Notes under the pieces: generated by a model
What the model was told of the DNA's origin: nothing
The model's input: only the letters and a program-made list of their open reading frames with translations
The model's database searches: none
Position numbers and translations under genes: made by a program
Part shown: piece after piece, positions 16,045 through 17,276 of the stretch
Position numbering within the stretch: the stretch's first letter is position 1
How the letters are laid out: each line of letters opens with the position of its first letter
From: a bacterium
GTDB taxonomy: Bacteria > Electryoneota > Electryoneia > Electryoneales > Electryoneaceae
Assembly: GCA_043801585.1 (NCBI GenBank)
Contig: JAZDLX010000070.1
Coordinates: 1-17,276, forward strand
Direction of reading: 5' to 3'
DNA length: 17,276 bases

Positions 16045-16320
16045 CTATGCCGCTTCGGTCTTCTTGGACTTTTCGCCCTTGGTCACAACGATGGCGAAGT
16101 CAGGACACTGCAATTCGCACAGCATGCAGGCAATGCAGGCATCCATATTCACCACCACGGCGACACTCCCCTGCCAGCGCGTACCCACAGTCTGCATCAC
16201 CAGCACATCCGTCGGGCATACCTCGACACAGATCGTGCACCCTTTACAGTACTCCTCCAAAATCCCGATCTTGTGGCCCGTCTTTTCGCTGACGGTCACG
16301 ATCTCTTTGGGTGCTGCCAC
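16045..16320 (-). CDS. oorD: 2x[4Fe-4S] ferredoxin-type delta subunit
   Basis: CKGCTICVEVCP and CIACMLCELQCPDFAI. AGGAGG SD before GTG. Confidence 0.93.
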   Translation of the reverse strand: MAAPKEIVTVSEKTGHKIGILEEYCKGCTICVEVCPTDVLVMQTVGTRWQGSVAVVVNMDACIACMLCELQCPDFAIVVTKGEKSKKTEAA

Positions 16321-16490
16321 GGCCCCTCCTTAGCCCGATTTTCATCGGGGGCATCTACTGTCTTTACGCAATCCGTTGCGAATTCGTGAGATCCGTCTGA
16401 TTCCCGTCCTACGGACAGCCCTAATACCACACAGGGGACCCGTCTCCCCGTACTGGTCGAGAGCCGGTCCCCCAAAGTCATTCTACGTAT

Positions 16491-16512
16491 CCGCCCGGCT
16501 TTTTCCGGGCGG
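16491..16512. other. Perfect 8-bp GC hairpin in the region upstream of oorD
   Basis: CCGCCCGG-CTTTTT-CCGGGCGG. There is no U-tract after it on either strand, so its role is unclear. Confidence 0.5.
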
Positions 16513-16685
16513 TGGGATCTCGTGGGATGTCAAACATTTCCCTTACCTTGTACTCGTAAAAACAAGGCACATAGAGAATACACACCGGAAGTCGTTAGGA
16601 CAAAATAACACATGGAGCCATTCTCGCCGAGCTCCACGTGAAACCGGAAAACCGTGCCGCACGGTCATCCGTCTGCTGCCTTCGT

Positions 16686-16760
16686 AGAATTGAGTGACAG
16701 TTACCTAATTCCTGTAGGATAGGGGAGAATTCCGGAATTAGGTAACTGTCACTTAATTCT
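16686..16760. repeat. 75-bp MITE/REP-like element: 27-bp inverted repeats (1 mismatch) with a 21-nt spacer
   Basis: AGAATTGAGTGACAGTTACCTAATTCC (16686-16712) versus GGAATTAGGTAACTGTCACTTAATTCT (16734-16760). Lies 9 nt past the stop of the YpeA-like gene. Confidence 0.85.
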
Positions 16761-16769
16761 CGCATTTGT

Positions 16770-17204
16770 TCACTTAGAGTCTTCCTCCAGCCGTTTCCCG
16801 AAACTGACCACGTGGTCCTTAGTGTAGCCGATAGCCTCGTAAAAAGCGATGACCTCCACGTTGGTCTCGCGGATCTGCAAATTGACCTTCGGTGCTCCAC
16901 ACCGGGAAAGGAAGGCTTCAGCCGCATCCATCATCACCCGCCCATACCCGTTTCGCCGCTGATCGGGATCGACCGCCAGGTAGTTCACCCAGCCCCGGTG
17001 GCCGTCGTATCCCGCCATCACCGATGCGACGATCCTCCCCTCCTTTACGGCAACGAGGAATCCATCGCGCTGCTGCGCCAGTTTTCTTTCGATGTCCCGT
17101 TGCGGATGGTTCCACGGAACGATCAGTCCGCAGCGGTCCCAGAGCCGGATAACCGCATCGCTGTCGCTTTCTTCAAATCGACGAATCGACAAATCTGAGT
17201 GCAT
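16770..17204 (-). CDS. GNAT acetyltransferase, YpeA-like
   Basis: LWDRCGLIVPWNHPQRDIERKL, MAGYDGHRGWVNYLAVDP, RRNGYG, KVNLQIRETN and FYEAIGY. GGGGAG/AAGG SD before ATG 17204. Confidence 0.9.
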   Translation of the reverse strand: MHSDLSIRRFEESDSDAVIRLWDRCGLIVPWNHPQRDIERKLAQQRDGFLVAVKEGRIVASVMAGYDGHRGWVNYLAVDPDQRRNGYGRVMMDAAEAFLSRCGAPKVNLQIRETNVEVIAFYEAIGYTKDHVVSFGKRLEEDSK

Positions 17205-17276
17205 GACCTTTCTCCCCACAGATGGAATTGCTGAAACGTACGAAATGAAGGTGACATCGCTGAAATCATCCCACCC

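Noticed and set aside
16376..16927. ORFs of 103 and 110 aa in the oorD to YpeA-like interval
   Set aside because: No SD or domain signal; they run through hairpins, the repeat element, or the GNAT gene in another frame.
1..17276. Prophage, defence island, integron or IS element
   Set aside because: No integrase, transposase, phage or recognised defence genes are present. The palindromes after the GNAT genes were considered as attC sites, but no RYYYAAC...GTTRRRY core pairs were evident.

Overview
GC-rich bacterial chromosomal window made mostly of housekeeping and accessory genes. From left to right: a 5'-truncated GNAT acetyltransferase; a repeat-rich gap; an aldehyde dehydrogenase with an extended-SDR gene (minus strand); a divergent promoter region driving a previously easy-to-miss 36-aa membrane-peptide unit; a TPR and 2-TM protein; a small 3-TM protein coupled to a PAS-PAS hybrid histidine kinase; a secreted 5'-nucleotidase; an NYN-domain gene with two RimJ/RimL GNAT paralogs; cupin, bPH and single-domain receiver genes; a four-subunit 2-oxoacid:acceptor oxidoreductase operon (oorDABC/korDABC type); and a YpeA-like GNAT. 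No rRNA, tRNA, CRISPR array, transposase or integrase was recognised. The best leads are (i) a self-contained transcript of about 315 nt (consensus-like promoter, folded SD-occluding leader, 36-aa hydrophobic ORF, terminator) that resembles a type I toxin or small regulatory protein unit, (ii) an SDR in which the catalytic YxxxK appears replaced by FDEMA, and (iii) several small palindromic REP/MITE-like elements, one of which supplies a gene's stop codon. All family calls come from motif recognition only; no database searches were run.
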